Source of the DNA: Alphaproteobacteria bacterium
GTDB taxonomy: Bacteria > Pseudomonadota > Alphaproteobacteria > RF32 > CAG-239
Assembly: GCA_017937705.1 (NCBI GenBank)
Contig: JAGBDC010000006.1
Span: 30,422-94,421, forward strand
Direction of reading: 5' to 3'
DNA: 64,000 nt
In this document: one piece after another, positions 49,665 through 60,653 of the stretch
How positions within the stretch are numbered: position 1 is the first letter of the stretch
Layout of the letters: each line of letters begins with the position of its first letter
The notes under the pieces: generated by a model
Told to the model about the DNA's origin: nothing
Database searches by the model: none
The model's input: only the letters and a program-made list of their open reading frames with translations
Made by a program: the position numbers and the translations under genes

Positions 49665-50495
49665 ATGATTAGTAATCAACTGTTGATGAGTGGCAAAAGA
49701 GGACTTGTTATGGGATTGGCCAATGACAAGTCTATTGCTTGGGGAATTGTTCAGGCTTTGAATGCTCAAGGTGCTCAAGTTGCAATCTCTTATCAAAACG
49801 AAACATTACAAAAAAGAGTTGAGCCTTTGGCTGCTCAACTTGATATTGAACCGTTATTAATTAAATGTGACGTTTCCGACTCTGCAAGTGTTGAAGCTTG
49901 TTTTAGGGAACTCGGAGAAAAATGGGGTAAAATCGACTTTGTTGTTCATGCTATCGGTTTTTCGGATAAAAACGAATTGAGAGGTCGTACCATTGATACA
50001 TCTTTGGCAAACTTTACCAACACAATGCACATTTCTTGTTACTCATTTTTGGAAGCTTGCCGTTGTGCTTCTCCGATTATGAACGAAAACGGCTCAATTT
50101 TGACTCTCTCATATTTAGGCGGTGAACGCGTATTGCCAAACTACAATATTATGGGTGTTGCCAAAGCGGCATTAGAAGCATCTGTCCGTGCGGCTGCCGT
50201 TGATATGGGAGTACAAGGTGTTCGAGTTAACGCAATTTCTGCCGGCCCGATAAAAACTTTGGCTGCTTCAGGTATCGGTGATTTCCGCAAAATTTTACAC
50301 TGGAATGAGCTTAATGCTCCTCTTCGTCGTAACATTACTCAAGATGAAGTCGGCGGAATGGCTTTGGCTTTGTTGTCAGGATTAGGTTCTGCCGTTAGCG
50401 GTGAAGTGCTTCACGTTGACGCCGGATATCATATTGTCGGTATGATTAATCTTGATAATGCTCAAGAATGTGGAAAAATGCTCATCGAAGGCTAA
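49665..50495 (+). CDS. fabI: enoyl-ACP reductase FabI
   Basis: GKRGLVMGLANDKSIAWGI N-terminus, and SYLGGERVLPNYNIMGVAKAALEAS containing the Y-x6-K catalytic pair. Confidence 0.9.
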   Translation: MISNQLLMSGKRGLVMGLANDKSIAWGIVQALNAQGAQVAISYQNETLQKRVEPLAAQLDIEPLLIKCDVSDSASVEACFRELGEKWGKIDFVVHAIGFSDKNELRGRTIDTSLANFTNTMHISCYSFLEACRCASPIMNENGSILTLSYLGGERVLPNYNIMGVAKAALEASVRAAAVDMGVQGVRVNAISAGPIKTLAASGIGDFRKILHWNELNAPLRRNITQDEVGGMALALLSGLGSAVSGEVLHVDAGYHIVGMINLDNAQECGKMLIEG

Positions 50496-50530
50496 AACAT
50501 ACTTGATTTTTAAGCAGATAACCTTATTAT

Positions 50531-50566
50531 GAGCCGTTGAAAAAACTCAATGGCTCTGTTTTTTTT
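50531..50566 (+). terminator. intrinsic terminator after fabI
   Basis: GAGCC.TTGA / TCAA.GGCTC hairpin followed by T8. Confidence 0.6.
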
Positions 50567-50586
50567 GAAAAAAAGGAATTTTAATA

Positions 50587-50874
50587 ATGGCGATAGATAC
50601 ACAAACAGTTATAAAAATAGCTTCGCTGTCACGTCTTAAGATAGATGAAGATAAAGTAGAAGCCACAAAAGATGAATTTAATAAAATTATAAATTGGGTG
50701 GAACAGCTCAGTGAAGTCGATACTGACGGTGTTGAACCGATGTTTGCTGTAAACGATACTCAACTTGCTTGTCGTGAAGATATGGTGGTTGAAGGAAATC
50801 AAGCCGATAAAATTTTGAAAAATGCTCCGATAGCAGAATATGATTATTTTGTTGTTCCAAAGGTTGTGGAGTAA
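50587..50874 (+). CDS. gatC: Asp/Glu-tRNA amidotransferase subunit C
   Basis: 95-aa GatC-like sequence ([15 protein letters not shown]...) directly upstream of gatA. Confidence 0.9.
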   Translation: MAIDTQTVIKIASLSRLKIDEDKVEATKDEFNKIINWVEQLSEVDTDGVEPMFAVNDTQLACREDMVVEGNQADKILKNAPIAEYDYFVVPKVVE

Positions 50875-50879
50875 AAGAA

Positions 50880-52337
50880 ATGGCTGATATTACAAAATTG
50901 ACTATCGCTCAAACTTTAGATTGTTTGAAAAATAAAGAATTTACATCTACGGAACTTACACAAGCTTATATTAAGTCAATGGAAGATAATCGTGACTTAA
51001 ATGCTTATGTACTTGAAACACCGGAAACAGCCTTGCAACAGGCAAAGATTTCCGATGAAAAATATGCTAACGGAACAAATCGCACATTAGAAGGTATTCC
51101 TTTAGGAATTAAAGATTTATTTTGTACCAAAGATATAAGAACAACCGCTTGTTCTCACATGTTAGACAGTTTTATTCCGCAATATGAATCAACAGTAACA
51201 AGCAAACTTTTTAATGATGGTGCTGTTTGTTTGGGTAAACTTAATATGGATGAGTTTGCTATGGGCGGAAGTAATGAAAACAGTTATTTCGGTCCGGTTA
51301 TTAACCCTTGGCATAAAGAGAGAAAGCTCGTTGCCGGTGGTTCTTCTGGAGGTTCGGCAGCTGCGGTATCAGCTAATATCTGTGCTGCTGCAACCGGCAC
51401 AGATACAGGAGGCTCTATTCGTCAACCCGCAGCTTTTTGCGGTGTTACCGGCATAAAACCTACCTATGGCCGTTGCTCACGTTACGGAATTATGGCTTTT
51501 GCATCTTCTTTGGATCAAGCAGGACCTATTGCTAAAGATGTAAGAGATTGCGCTATTTTATTAAATTCGATGGCCGGATATGATACAAAAGACTCTACAT
51601 CAGTTAATATCCCCGTCCCTGATTTTGAAAAAGCCTTGGGAAGTAGCGTTAAAGGATTAAAAATAGGTATTCCGGCCGAATATCGTCCGCAAGGATTAAA
51701 TGATGAAATAGCTTCATATTGGGATAAAGGCATAGAAATATTAAAACAGGCCGGTGCTGAAATTGTGAATATTTCATTGCCGCATACTAAATATGCTTTG
51801 GCTGCATACTATATAATTGCTCCGGCTGAAGCATCTTCAAACTTATCTCGTTATGACGGTTTGCGATATGGTTTACGTGTAAACGGAAATAGCATTGATG
51901 ATATGTATACCAATAGTCGTAGCGCCGGGTTCGGAAAAGAAGTAAAACGTCGTATCATGGTTGGTACTTATGTTCTTTCTGCCGGTTATTATGACGCATA
52001 TTATATCAAGGCTCAAAAAGTTCGTCGTCTAATTAAAAATGACTTTAACAATGCTTTTGAAAAATGTGATGTGATATTAACACCTACATCTCCGGTTACG
52101 GCATTTCCTATTGGTGATAAATCAATGCAAGAAAATCCGATAAATATGTGGCTCAATGACATATTTACCGTTTCAGTAAACTTAGCAGGACTTCCGGGAA
52201 TGAGTTTGCCGGTAGGATTGTCAAAAGACGGATTGCCATTAGGATTGCAATTAATCGGAAAATCATTTGATGAAGAAACAATTTTTAAAACGGCGTATGT
52301 ATTGGAACAAGAAGCAAAATTTGAGAGGCTGAAATAA
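50880..52337 (+). CDS. gatA: Asp/Glu-tRNA amidotransferase subunit A
   Basis: Amidase signature [11 protein letters not shown]...[12 protein letters not shown]. Confidence 0.95.
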   Translation: MADITKLTIAQTLDCLKNKEFTSTELTQAYIKSMEDNRDLNAYVLETPETALQQAKISDEKYANGTNRTLEGIPLGIKDLFCTKDIRTTACSHMLDSFIPQYESTVTSKLFNDGAVCLGKLNMDEFAMGGSNENSYFGPVINPWHKERKLVAGGSSGGSAAAVSANICAAATGTDTGGSIRQPAAFCGVTGIKPTYGRCSRYGIMAFASSLDQAGPIAKDVRDCAILLNSMAGYDTKDSTSVNIPVPDFEKALGSSVKGLKIGIPAEYRPQGLNDEIASYWDKGIEILKQAGAEIVNISLPHTKYALAAYYIIAPAEASSNLSRYDGLRYGLRVNGNSIDDMYTNSRSAGFGKEVKRRIMVGTYVLSAGYYDAYYIKAQKVRRLIKNDFNNAFEKCDVILTPTSPVTAFPIGDKSMQENPINMWLNDIFTVSVNLAGLPGMSLPVGLSKDGLPLGLQLIGKSFDEETIFKTAYVLEQEAKFERLK

Positions 52338-52338
52338 G

Positions 52339-53784
52339 ATGATATTAGAAGGAAAAACAGGAAATTGGGAAATTGTTTGCGGTTTAGAAATTCACTGTCA
52401 AATAATTTCAAAATCTAAAATTTTTAGCTCTGCCTCTACAAATTTCGGCTGTGATGCAAATCAAAATGTGTCTTTTGTTGACGTTGCCATGCCGGGTATG
52501 TTACCGACATTAAATATGGAGTGTGTAAATCAAGCGGTTAAAACCGGATTGGGCTTGCGTGCTCAAATTAATAAATATTCGGTATTTTCACGCAAAAATT
52601 ACTTCTATGCCGATTTGCCGCAAGGATACCAAATTACCCAATTTGAATATCCGATTGTAGGAGAAGGTATTGTTAGCATTGATTTAGATGATGGTAGCAC
52701 AAAAGATATTCGAATTGAGCGCATGCACATAGAACAAGATACCGGAAAATCATTGCACGATATGTCTCCGACCAAGAGTTTTATCGACTTTAATCGTGCC
52801 GGTGTAGGTTTGATGGAAATTGTAACTCGTCCTGATTTCAGTTCTTCGGAAGAAGCCGGTGCATTTTTGAAAAAATTACGTTCAATTTTGCGTTATTTAG
52901 GAACTTGTGACGGTAATATGGACGAAGGCTCTATGCGTTGTGATGCCAGTGTATCTGTTCGCAAAGTCGGTGAAACAGGTTTTCGTCCTCGTGCCGAAAT
53001 CAAAAACGTAAACTCGGTAAAATTTGTAATGCAAGCTATTGATGCCGAAGCAAAACGCCAAATAGAAGTTTATGAAAACGGTGAAAAATTTGAACAAGAA
53101 ACCCGCCAATTTGATCCGGTTAGCGGACAAACTAAATTTATGCGTAAAAAAGAATTTGCTCATGATTATCGTTATTTTCCGGAGCCTGATTTACCACCGC
53201 TTGTTTTGAGTGATGAATATATTGAAGAAATAAAAAATCAACTTCCGGAATTACCTGATGCCAAAAAAGCTCGTTTTATTGAGACAATGGGGCTTACCAA
53301 ATATGATGCGATGGTAATTTGTGAAAACAAAGAAACCGCTGAGTTCTTTGAAAAAGCCGCAAACGGACACGATGGTAAAAAAGTTGCCAACTGGCTGATG
53401 GGAGATTTTTTTGCTATGTTAAATCGCAAAAATTTAACCATTGATAATTCTCCAGTATCAGCAGAAAATCTGGGAAAACTGGTTGAATTAATCGAAAAGA
53501 ATATAATTTCGGGTAAAATTGCAAAAGACGTTTTTGAAATTATGTCAGAAACAGGAGAAAATCCCGAAAAAATAGTTGAAGAAAAAGGTTTGAAGCAAGT
53601 TACGGATACTTCTGCCATTGAAGCTATTGTTGATATGATTATTGCCAACAATCCTGATAACGTTACAGCTTTTCGTAACGGAAAAACAAATCTCAAAGGA
53701 TGGTTTGTCGGTCAGGTAATTAAAGAATCGAAAGGCAAAGCAAATCCGCAAATTGTCAATGAACTCTTATCTAAAAAATTATAA
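52339..53784 (+). CDS. gatB: Asp/Glu-tRNA amidotransferase subunit B
   Basis: [14 protein letters not shown]-terminus, [12 protein letters not shown] and a C-terminal GatB/YqeY region. Confidence 0.95.
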   Translation: MILEGKTGNWEIVCGLEIHCQIISKSKIFSSASTNFGCDANQNVSFVDVAMPGMLPTLNMECVNQAVKTGLGLRAQINKYSVFSRKNYFYADLPQGYQITQFEYPIVGEGIVSIDLDDGSTKDIRIERMHIEQDTGKSLHDMSPTKSFIDFNRAGVGLMEIVTRPDFSSSEEAGAFLKKLRSILRYLGTCDGNMDEGSMRCDASVSVRKVGETGFRPRAEIKNVNSVKFVMQAIDAEAKRQIEVYENGEKFEQETRQFDPVSGQTKFMRKKEFAHDYRYFPEPDLPPLVLSDEYIEEIKNQLPELPDAKKARFIETMGLTKYDAMVICENKETAEFFEKAANGHDGKKVANWLMGDFFAMLNRKNLTIDNSPVSAENLGKLVELIEKNIISGKIAKDVFEIMSETGENPEKIVEEKGLKQVTDTSAIEAIVDMIIANNPDNVTAFRNGKTNLKGWFVGQVIKESKGKANPQIVNELLSKKL

Positions 53785-53787
53785 TCA

Positions 53788-53809
53788 AAGCAGCCGAAAG
53801 GCTGCTTTT
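53788..53809 (+). terminator. intrinsic terminator after gatB
   Basis: AAGCAGCC GAAA GGCTGCTT followed by a T-run. Confidence 0.7.
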
Positions 53810-53949
53810 CATTTATAAAATGTTCATAAATATTTGTTCTAATAACAACAAGTAGACAATTTTTGCAAAAATCGACAAAAAAGACTTTTCTTTTTTAAAT
53901 TTTTGTTGTATAGTAACGTAAATGAGTAAAATTTTGAGGGAGATTTAGT

Positions 53950-56127
53950 ATGGCTAAAACATATACACTTAACGACCTTGGTGTTACAATTGATGATTTG
54001 ATATTATTACAAAGCACCGGATATGAATTTGACGAAAATGAAGGGATAACAGAAGAAAGACGAGAAGAGGTTTTGGCCAAGATATATGAAGCAAAGCAAA
54101 CTCGAAAATCGCCTAAAAAAGAGACTCGTAATTTTGCTGATTTGGTTCCGTCTGCAACTGTAGAACAGGCTAAACAAGTAAAATATGATGCCAAAAACGG
54201 AAAAGAAGTAAGTTTACAAGATATGGCTTCGGTTGTAAAAGCTGAAACAATAATCAATAAAGATTTGCGTGATCAACTTCCTAATGTAATAAAATCTGCT
54301 GTGGAAAAAGACAGCCTTACTCCCGAAGAAACTGCAGCCCTCGGCTATTTGCTCGATGAACTCAATGGTAAACATGTAGAAGACAAGAAAAATCCTCACT
54401 CTATCCATGAATATAATAAACGTTTCGCAGATATGCCTGAGTTATTGGAGCAAGCAGCTCAAAAAGTAGAAGAAGCGTCTGTAACTGTTGTTCCTGCTGT
54501 AGAAAAAACATATACGAAAGAAGAAATTGAAGAACTACTGACGGCAGGCGAAGTTTATCTTATGAAACCTACTGAAGCTTTTGGAAAAGAAGGCGAAAAA
54601 GAAAATGTTGCAGATGCTCATAATGACGGATTTGAAAAACATGCAACTAAAATGTCTGCTCTCATTAAAGATTATGGCGAAGGTAAGGTAGATGTTGCTC
54701 CTGATGCACTTTTAGATATGGATAAACTTGTTGCATTATACGGAAAAGAATATGCAAGAGGAAAATTATTTAAAAATAGCATGTCCTATGATGTAACACA
54801 AGATGCAGCCGATGCAGCTCAGCGTGTAGCTTTTGAAAAGAAATTACACGGAATTAAAACTCCGGTTGAAGAAGAAAAAGTAGTAGTTACGCCTATTAAA
54901 GAGGTAGAAGAAGAAAATAAACCTACTGAAGAAAAAGAAGAATACAGTAAAGAAGAAATTGCAGAAGCAATGAAGAAAAAGCCGGCTGACAGAAGTTTAC
55001 GTGACTGGATTATCATTAAACATGCAATCCAAAATCATCCTACTCAAACAGAAGGACAAAAGGCTTATGCTCTTAAAAGCCTGACTGATCAAGCTCGTAC
55101 ATATAAAATGAAGGATCCTAAAAAAACAACAGATGAAGAGCTAAAGGATGCTGATGAATTTATGCAGGAATTCGGTTATGATTATGATAAAAAAGGTCGT
55201 GCGGTAACCAATCCGATTGCAAGAAGATGGAAAGATGCAATTGATAAACGCATAAAAGCTTTAGAAGCAAAAGAGGATGAAAAAGAAGATATAAAGAAAG
55301 AAGACATAAAGAAAGAAGAAGATAAAAAAGAAGATAAAGGTCCAACCGTAATACCTGTAATTATTCCTCATAATAAAGGTGAGGAGGAAAACATTGTTAC
55401 TCCATCAGATGACAATAGACCAACTCCTCCGAAAGAAGAAGAAAAGAAGAAAAAAGGCCTCTTTGGATGGATTGGCGAAAAAGCTAAAAAAGTCGGTGAT
55501 TGGGCTAAACGTAATTGGAAAAAAATTGCAATCGGTGGCGCCATTTTAGCAGCTACTTTATTCGGTGCTAAATCTTGTGAAAACGGCGAAAAAGATGATG
55601 TTAAGAAGGATAATATTGAAGTTGTAACCCCAACACCTACACCGGAAAAAATTACGGAATCTAAAGATACTATTGATTTGGCAATGGCTCATCAATATTG
55701 TAAACGTATGGGCTATCAAGACAGCATGTCACAAGAAGACGCTATTGCTAAATATCTTATTGATAGAGAAACATATTCTATTGCAAAAGATAAATATGCT
55801 TCTCACATGGGAATTGATAACCTATCTACTGATGCACAAATGGCAATATTAGCAACCGTTAGAGGAAATATACCTAACAATGCTCCGGTTATTGATGCTA
55901 TCTTAAATGCTCGTGATGTTAATATAGCCAGTGCTGCAAAATTAAAATCTGAAACCGCAAAATTTGTTGTCAATAAAGAAAACGGAACTATTCAATACAG
56001 TAATCCGGAAGAATTTACAAAACAAACCGGAAAACAAAGTATCGATGTAGATAAAGGTGAATTGAAGAAACAAGTGGAAAATGCCGGCTTTATAGCTCAA
56101 GCTCGAGGCGGTAACAGTGGATATTAA
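53950..56127 (+). CDS. 725-aa protein of unknown function (paralogue of 43981-48525)
   Basis: GAGGGAG RBS. Shares the N-terminal ~350 aa blocks with the 1514-aa protein. KEDIKKEDIKKEEDKKEDK repeat and a single transmembrane segment around aa 525-541. Confidence 0.8.
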   Translation: MAKTYTLNDLGVTIDDLILLQSTGYEFDENEGITEERREEVLAKIYEAKQTRKSPKKETRNFADLVPSATVEQAKQVKYDAKNGKEVSLQDMASVVKAETIINKDLRDQLPNVIKSAVEKDSLTPEETAALGYLLDELNGKHVEDKKNPHSIHEYNKRFADMPELLEQAAQKVEEASVTVVPAVEKTYTKEEIEELLTAGEVYLMKPTEAFGKEGEKENVADAHNDGFEKHATKMSALIKDYGEGKVDVAPDALLDMDKLVALYGKEYARGKLFKNSMSYDVTQDAADAAQRVAFEKKLHGIKTPVEEEKVVVTPIKEVEEENKPTEEKEEYSKEEIAEAMKKKPADRSLRDWIIIKHAIQNHPTQTEGQKAYALKSLTDQARTYKMKDPKKTTDEELKDADEFMQEFGYDYDKKGRAVTNPIARRWKDAIDKRIKALEAKEDEKEDIKKEDIKKEEDKKEDKGPTVIPVIIPHNKGEEENIVTPSDDNRPTPPKEEEKKKKGLFGWIGEKAKKVGDWAKRNWKKIAIGGAILAATLFGAKSCENGEKDDVKKDNIEVVTPTPTPEKITESKDTIDLAMAHQYCKRMGYQDSMSQEDAIAKYLIDRETYSIAKDKYASHMGIDNLSTDAQMAILATVRGNIPNNAPVIDAILNARDVNIASAAKLKSETAKFVVNKENGTIQYSNPEEFTKQTGKQSIDVDKGELKKQVENAGFIAQARGGNSGY

Positions 56128-56144
56128 TAATCAATAATATAAAA

Positions 56145-56181
56145 ACAAAAAACTCGGGATTTTTCAATCCCGAGTTTTTTG
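56145..56181. terminator. bidirectional intrinsic terminator (copy 2 of the identical 37-nt module)
   Basis: Same 37 nt as 43941-43977, between the convergent 725-aa gene and mrp. Confidence 0.8.
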
Positions 56182-56200
56182 CATCGATAAATAGCTTTTT

Positions 56201-57190
56201 TTATTTTAGCTTAGCAATAATTTTATCGGCAATATCTAAATATGCCTTTGCAAATTCGCTATCCGGTTCGGCAACAACAATAGGTTTTCCCTCGTCTGCA
56301 TGAGTACGAATTTTTATATTGAGCGGAATTTCGCCTAAAAAATCAACCTCAATTTTCTTTGCCGTATCTTGAGCCCCATGCTCCCCGAATACATACTCTT
56401 TATGTCCGCATTTTTCGCAAAGGTGGTAACTCATATTTTCAACCACCCCTAAAATCGGTACATTTACTGCTTTGAACATATTTACCCCCTTAACCGCGTC
56501 TATCAAAGCAATATCTTGCGGAGTAGAAACAATAACCGCACCGTTTAATCTTACTTGTTGCGACAAAGTTATTTGAATATCTCCTGTTCCCGGAGGCATA
56601 TCTATAACCATAATATCAATTTCGCCCCAATTTACATCGCTTAATAGTTGTTGCAATGCTCCACAGGCTTTCGGACCTCTCCAAATTAGCGGTGTATCTC
56701 TTGAAACCAACGTACCGATGGACATACTCTTAATTCCCATAACATCAAAAGGCTCAAAAGTTTGTCCGTCATAAGAAACAGGAACAATCCCTTCATATCC
56801 CAACATTGTCGGAATTGACGGACCATAAATATCAGCATCAAATAAGGCAACCTTTTGTCCCTGTCTTTTCAGAGCTAAAGCAATATTAACCGCTGTTGTT
56901 GATTTTCCAACACCGCCTTTGCCTGAAGCTACAGCGATAATTTTCTTAACACCTCTGATTTTCCAGTGTTTGTCAGCCTCACTGTCTTTTATAGCTGTAT
57001 ATACGACAGAAGCTTTTTCAATTCCATCAAGAGTAAGCAATTCCTGTTTTAAGTTTTCTGTTTTTTGATTATCTTCAGATATATTTACCAGTGTTACAAT
57101 CGCTCTCCCCTTAAACAAACTGATACTTTCGATATATTCCGGTGCAAAATACTTCTCCGCAACCATTCTAATTGCAGTATTATCTGTCAT
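56201..57190 (-). CDS. mrp: Mrp/ApbC-family Fe-S cluster carrier ATPase
   Basis: Deviant Walker A ASGKGGVGKSTTAVN and the CxxC motif in HLCEKCGHKE. Confidence 0.9.
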   Translation of the reverse strand: MTDNTAIRMVAEKYFAPEYIESISLFKGRAIVTLVNISEDNQKTENLKQELLTLDGIEKASVVYTAIKDSEADKHWKIRGVKKIIAVASGKGGVGKSTTAVNIALALKRQGQKVALFDADIYGPSIPTMLGYEGIVPVSYDGQTFEPFDVMGIKSMSIGTLVSRDTPLIWRGPKACGALQQLLSDVNWGEIDIMVIDMPPGTGDIQITLSQQVRLNGAVIVSTPQDIALIDAVKGVNMFKAVNVPILGVVENMSYHLCEKCGHKEYVFGEHGAQDTAKKIEVDFLGEIPLNIKIRTHADEGKPIVVAEPDSEFAKAYLDIADKIIAKLK

Positions 57191-57293
57191 ATTAAACCTC
57201 CTGTTGATATTATGACATCGCTAATTGTTTTTAGAATGTTTATAATATATATTAAAGCAATGCAATAAAATAAACTGTAATGAGGTAAAAAAT

Positions 57294-58322
57294 ATGGCAA
57301 ATATGAAAAATCCGTGGGATAATGAAAACGTGGAAAACCCTTGGGATAACAAAGAACCGGAAAAAATTATTAAATTCCATAAAGTAAAAAAGCCACAAAA
57401 ACCGAACGTTAATATCCGTCCGGCATGGTGGGCGCTTATCGCTTTTGTGTTATGGATGTCCACCGGTTTTTATCAGGTTCAAACGAATGAAAACGGTGTT
57501 GTTCTCCGTTTCGGAAGATATGTAGATACAACCAACCCCGGACTTCATTACCATCTCCCCTACCCGATTGAAAATGTTATAAAAGTCAGTATGACACAGG
57601 AAAGAAGTATCAATTTGGGCGGAGATAATGATGCCTCAACACGCAATTATCGTAATAATGCCTTCACCGAAACACACATGCTTACCGGTGATGAAAATAT
57701 TGTAGATATTAATCTTACCGTAGTTTGGCGAATCAAAAATGCAAATGACTTCTTGTTTAATATGCGAAGCCCCGAAGAAACAGTTCGAGTTGCCGCACAA
57801 TCCGTTCTTCGTGAAATTGTCGGACAATCCGAAATGATGCCGATTATTTCCGGCGATAGAGGAAAAGTTGAAGATGATACAAAAGCAGAATTGCAAAAAG
57901 TTCTTGATGACTTCGGTTCAGGAGTTGAGATTGTACGTGTGAAATTGCAAAAAGCAGACCCTCCTAAACAAGTAGTAGATGCTTTTAACGAAGTTCAACG
58001 AGCCAAAGCTGATATGGAAAGATTTAAAAACGAAGCAGAAGCCTATCGTAATGAAGTTGTTCCTAATGCACATGGTCAAGCTTCGCAAATTTTGCAAAGT
58101 GCAGAGGCATATAATCAGGCAGTTGTAAACAAGGCAACCGGTGAAGCAGACAGATTTAATTCTGTTTATAAAGCTTATAAAAAAGGTAAAGATGTCACAA
58201 TCCGCAGACTATATTTGGAAACAATGGAAGAAGTTTTGAAAAAATCTGATAAGGTTATTGTTGATTCGTCTGCGAAAGGCTCTAACGTTTTACCTATTTT
58301 ACCGTTAAATGCAGTTAAATAA
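57294..58322 (+). CDS. hflK: FtsH protease modulator HflK
   Basis: N-terminal transmembrane segment followed by a band-7/SPFH domain. Precedes hflC. Confidence 0.85.
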   Translation: MANMKNPWDNENVENPWDNKEPEKIIKFHKVKKPQKPNVNIRPAWWALIAFVLWMSTGFYQVQTNENGVVLRFGRYVDTTNPGLHYHLPYPIENVIKVSMTQERSINLGGDNDASTRNYRNNAFTETHMLTGDENIVDINLTVVWRIKNANDFLFNMRSPEETVRVAAQSVLREIVGQSEMMPIISGDRGKVEDDTKAELQKVLDDFGSGVEIVRVKLQKADPPKQVVDAFNEVQRAKADMERFKNEAEAYRNEVVPNAHGQASQILQSAEAYNQAVVNKATGEADRFNSVYKAYKKGKDVTIRRLYLETMEEVLKKSDKVIVDSSAKGSNVLPILPLNAVK

Positions 58323-58336
58323 GAGGAGTACAAAAA

Positions 58337-59203
58337 ATGAACGATAAAACAAAAATATTTTTAGGCAGTATTGCTCTTTTAGTTGTATTTTTAATTTCAA
58401 CCAGTGTTTATATTGTAAATCAGGCAGAACAGGCTATCGTATTGCAATTTGGACGTCCGGTTCGTTTAGTACAAGAACCGGGGCTAAAATTCAAAATGCC
58501 GTTTATTCAAAACGTTGTGTTTTATGACACTCGTTTGTTGAATTTAGATCCCCCTGCGCAAGAGGTAGTTCTCAATGATAAAAAACGTTTGGATGTCGAC
58601 AGCTTCACTCGTTATAAAATTGTTGATCCGATTAAATTTTACGCAACTGTAAGAACTGAATATCAAGCACAAAGCAAGTTAGCAGAAATCGTAAATTCTT
58701 CTATTCGTAAAATTTTAGGTAGAAGTACTCTGCAGGAATTACTATCAGAAAAACGCACCAAAATTATGGACGATATAAGTGCTGCAGTAAAAATTGACGC
58801 CACACAAATCGGGGTTAGCGTTGCCGATGTGCGTATTCGTAGAGCTGACTTACCTTTAGAAGTTTTACAAGCAATTAATGCTCGTATGAAAACCGAAAGA
58901 GAAAGAGAAGCTAAAGAATTTAGAGCTCAAGGTAGTCAAGAAGCACAAAAGATTAAAGCTAGCGCAGACAAAGAAAAAACCATTATTTTGGCAAATGCCG
59001 AAAAGCAAGCTCAAATTATTCGTGGTCAAGGCGATGAAAAAGCTATCGAAATATGGAATAATGCTGCCGGAAAAGATATTGCTTTCTTTAATTTTTATCG
59101 TTCTTTAGAAGCTTATAAAAATGCTTTGGCTAACGGCAATTCTTCTATGGTATTGTCTCCGGAAAGTGACTTTTTTCAATTTTTCAGAAAGGCTATGAAA
59201 TAA
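58337..59203 (+). CDS. hflC: FtsH protease modulator HflC
   Basis: Transmembrane segment followed by an SPFH domain. The REREAKEFRAQG block is typical of HflC. Confidence 0.85.
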   Translation: MNDKTKIFLGSIALLVVFLISTSVYIVNQAEQAIVLQFGRPVRLVQEPGLKFKMPFIQNVVFYDTRLLNLDPPAQEVVLNDKKRLDVDSFTRYKIVDPIKFYATVRTEYQAQSKLAEIVNSSIRKILGRSTLQELLSEKRTKIMDDISAAVKIDATQIGVSVADVRIRRADLPLEVLQAINARMKTEREREAKEFRAQGSQEAQKIKASADKEKTIILANAEKQAQIIRGQGDEKAIEIWNNAAGKDIAFFNFYRSLEAYKNALANGNSSMVLSPESDFFQFFRKAMK

Positions 59204-59207
59204 AAAT

Positions 59208-60653
59208 ATGCTAAAAAAAATCTGTTATACATTATCAATAATATTACTCTCCGGTTCAGCAAATGCTCAATATGGTTTTCCGTCTTTTGCTGATTTAGCA
59301 GAAAGATTACTCCCGACTGTAGTAAATATTTCGACAATTCAACAAACGGAAAAATTAGATATTACCGTTCCTGAAGGAGTTAATGGCGAAGTTGCAGCGG
59401 CTCAAACGGAAATTTCTCCGGAAGATCCGATGGCTGATTATATCGAGACAGAGAGCAATTTAAGACAAGCTTTAGGCTCCGGCTTTATTATTGATGAACA
59501 AGGATATATCATCACCAATTATCATGTTATCGAAAATGCAAGTGCTATTAATGTGGTGTTGTTTGACAATACCGAAGTTGAAGCAGAAATTGTCGGCGGA
59601 GATGAAAAAACAGATTTAGCCTTGATAAAAATTGAACCTCCTTTTGAACTGAAAAAAGTTGTATTCGGAAATTCTGATGATTTAAGAATTGGTGACTGGG
59701 TATTATCTATCGGAAATCCGTTTGGATTAGGCGGTAGCGTTAGTGCCGGTATTGTTTCTGCAAAATCAAGAGATATTGCAGCCGGACCTTATGACAATTT
59801 TATCCAAACCGATGCTTCTATCAATCAAGGGAGTTCAGGCGGCCCGATGTTTAATATGAACGGAGAAGTAATCGGTATTAATACTGCTCTGTTCTCTACC
59901 ACCGGAGCCAGTATGGGAGTTGGTTTTGCCATTCCAATCAATACTGCCGGATGGATTGCAAGTCAGTTAGAACAAAACGGAAAAGTTAAGAGAGGTTGGA
60001 TAGGAGTAAGAATTCAGCCGGTAACAAAGGATATTGCCAAAGCAATTAATCTTAACGATGTTCATGGTGTGGTTATATCAGAAGTCAGCGAAAACAGTCC
60101 TGCTGCCAAGGTCGGATTGACAGTAGGTGATGTTATTCTTAATATTGAAAAATCAGAAATTAATAATCCGAAAGATTTTTCAAGAATGATTGCTGAAAGT
60201 AAAATTGGTAAAGAAAAAACTTTATTGGTATGGAAAAATCAGCAATTAGAAACCATAAGTGTCCTTATCAAAGAAATGCCGGCGGCTCCGTCGTTAATAA
60301 AACCGCAAAACCCCGATGAGATGGATGACAACGACAAAATTTCTCACGAAATAGGAATTAAATTGTTGGAAATATCTCCTGAAATTTTGGATATTTTTGA
60401 ACTGTCTTCTTCGACTTTAGGGCTCGTTGTTGAAGGTGTGGAAGCAAATTCTGATGCTGCTTTACAGGGGATTAAAAAAGGCGATATAGTTACTCAAATT
60501 GATGAAAAAGATGTACTGACTACCGATGCCGCACTTAATTATATAAAAGAGGCCAGAAAAGCAAAACGCCCTGTTAAGCTTTCTATTCAAAACCAAGAAG
60601 ATGGAACCATGGGAACCGTTACCGTAAGGCTAAAAAACAATGAGCAGAGTTGA
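59208..60653 (+). CDS. degP: Do/HtrA-family periplasmic serine protease
   Basis: Catalytic His (TNYHV), Asp (DLALIK) and Ser (GSSGGPMF), with two PDZ-like C-terminal domains. Confidence 0.9.
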   Translation: MLKKICYTLSIILLSGSANAQYGFPSFADLAERLLPTVVNISTIQQTEKLDITVPEGVNGEVAAAQTEISPEDPMADYIETESNLRQALGSGFIIDEQGYIITNYHVIENASAINVVLFDNTEVEAEIVGGDEKTDLALIKIEPPFELKKVVFGNSDDLRIGDWVLSIGNPFGLGGSVSAGIVSAKSRDIAAGPYDNFIQTDASINQGSSGGPMFNMNGEVIGINTALFSTTGASMGVGFAIPINTAGWIASQLEQNGKVKRGWIGVRIQPVTKDIAKAINLNDVHGVVISEVSENSPAAKVGLTVGDVILNIEKSEINNPKDFSRMIAESKIGKEKTLLVWKNQQLETISVLIKEMPAAPSLIKPQNPDEMDDNDKISHEIGIKLLEISPEILDIFELSSSTLGLVVEGVEANSDAALQGIKKGDIVTQIDEKDVLTTDAALNYIKEARKAKRPVKLSIQNQEDGTMGTVTVRLKNNEQS

